DNA of 64,000 bases from Candidatus Levyibacteriota bacterium (GTDB lineage: Bacteria > Patescibacteriota > Microgenomatia > Levybacterales > UBA12049), in the NCBI GenBank assembly GCA_009695045.1, contig SIBS01000001.1, positions 42,942-106,941 on the forward strand. Direction: 5' to 3'. Made by a program: the position numbers and the translations under genes. Positions 63,632-64,000 of the stretch are shown here, one piece after another (position 1 is the first letter of the stretch; every line of letters starts with the position of its first letter). The notes beneath the pieces were generated by a model, which was not told the origin of the DNA, made no database searches, and worked only from the letters and a program-made list of their open reading frames with translations.

Positions 63632-64000
63632 AATTTATTATAAAAAAAAGAGTCATCTTTCTTTAAGGAGTTATATTCGCTATTTAAGTATTATTTTATG
63701 CTTAGGCGGCTTATCAATTTTTACATATGTTATATTACCATTTATCTCTTGGCAAATATATTTTGCGCCTGAATTTAATTATCAAGGAATAAAATCACCA
63801 ATACCAAGAGAAACAATTATTACATCTCATATTGGTGTTGATTTATTAAATCAAACAAAAAATAACTTTACAACAAACTACTCCGATATTCACAACTGGT
63901 TTCCTGGAATAAATATAAAAAATGAAAATAAAAAATTGCCATCAATAAATTCATATTCGCTTTCAATTCCCAAGCTTGAAATAAAAAATGCATATGTATC
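63624..64000 (+). CDS. Probable sortase (partial, runs off window end)
   Basis: ATG 63624: MSKIYYKK...TM (IILCLGGLSIFTYVILPFISWQIYF)...NWFP...YSLSIPKLEIKNAYV; LxIPKL opens sortase domains, but the catalytic residues lie outside the window. Confidence 0.65.
   Translation, partial: MSKIYYKKKSHLSLRSYIRYLSIILCLGGLSIFTYVILPFISWQIYFAPEFNYQGIKSPIPRETIITSHIGVDLLNQTKNNFTTNYSDIHNWFPGINIKNENKKLPSINSYSLSIPKLEIKNAYV

Noticed and set aside
1-64000. CRISPR arrays, IS elements, prophage, introns or inteins (checked recA, rpoB, rpoC and the helicase)
   Set aside because: No spaced direct repeats, transposase or integrase were seen, and protein lengths and motifs leave no room for inteins. The baseplate-J-like domain has no phage neighbours.

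Overview
A low-GC, gene-dense core-genome window using standard code 11 (infA, rplN and the GH18 gene end in TGA). It most likely comes from a Patescibacteria/CPR bacterium of the Microgenomates type. This is an inference from the absence of rpmD between rpsE and rplO, a class I LysRS, an N-terminally short uL2, an AlaRS without the C-Ala domain, and an FtsA-like/baseplate-J-like gene next to a probable sortase. The window holds secA (partial), serS, rdgB, class I lysS, an aspartokinase, murB, greA, tsaD, rmuC, a UvrD-nuclease fusion, RNase P RNA, hup, rny-recX-recA, tRNA-Pro(GGG), the rpoBC/str/S10/spc/alpha/L13-S9 cluster and alaS. I saw no CRISPR array, rRNA, prophage or intact mobile element. 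The best unexplained signals are: (1) an unannotated stand-alone 22-aa Lys-rich micro-gene with a near-perfect Shine-Dalgarno and its own terminator; (2) about 10 genes whose ATG sits 6-7 nt after a -10 box, suggesting leaderless mRNAs; (3) candidate ribosomal leader or attenuator RNAs before rplC, rplQ, rpsJ and rpoB; (4) a structurally unusual RNase P RNA; (5) a heavily substituted RpoB rifampicin pocket and an S12 K42R-type residue; (6) an archaeal-type PPAT-DPCK fusion; (7) two decayed genes not recognised in the ORF track. All family calls are by motif recognition, with no database searches run.
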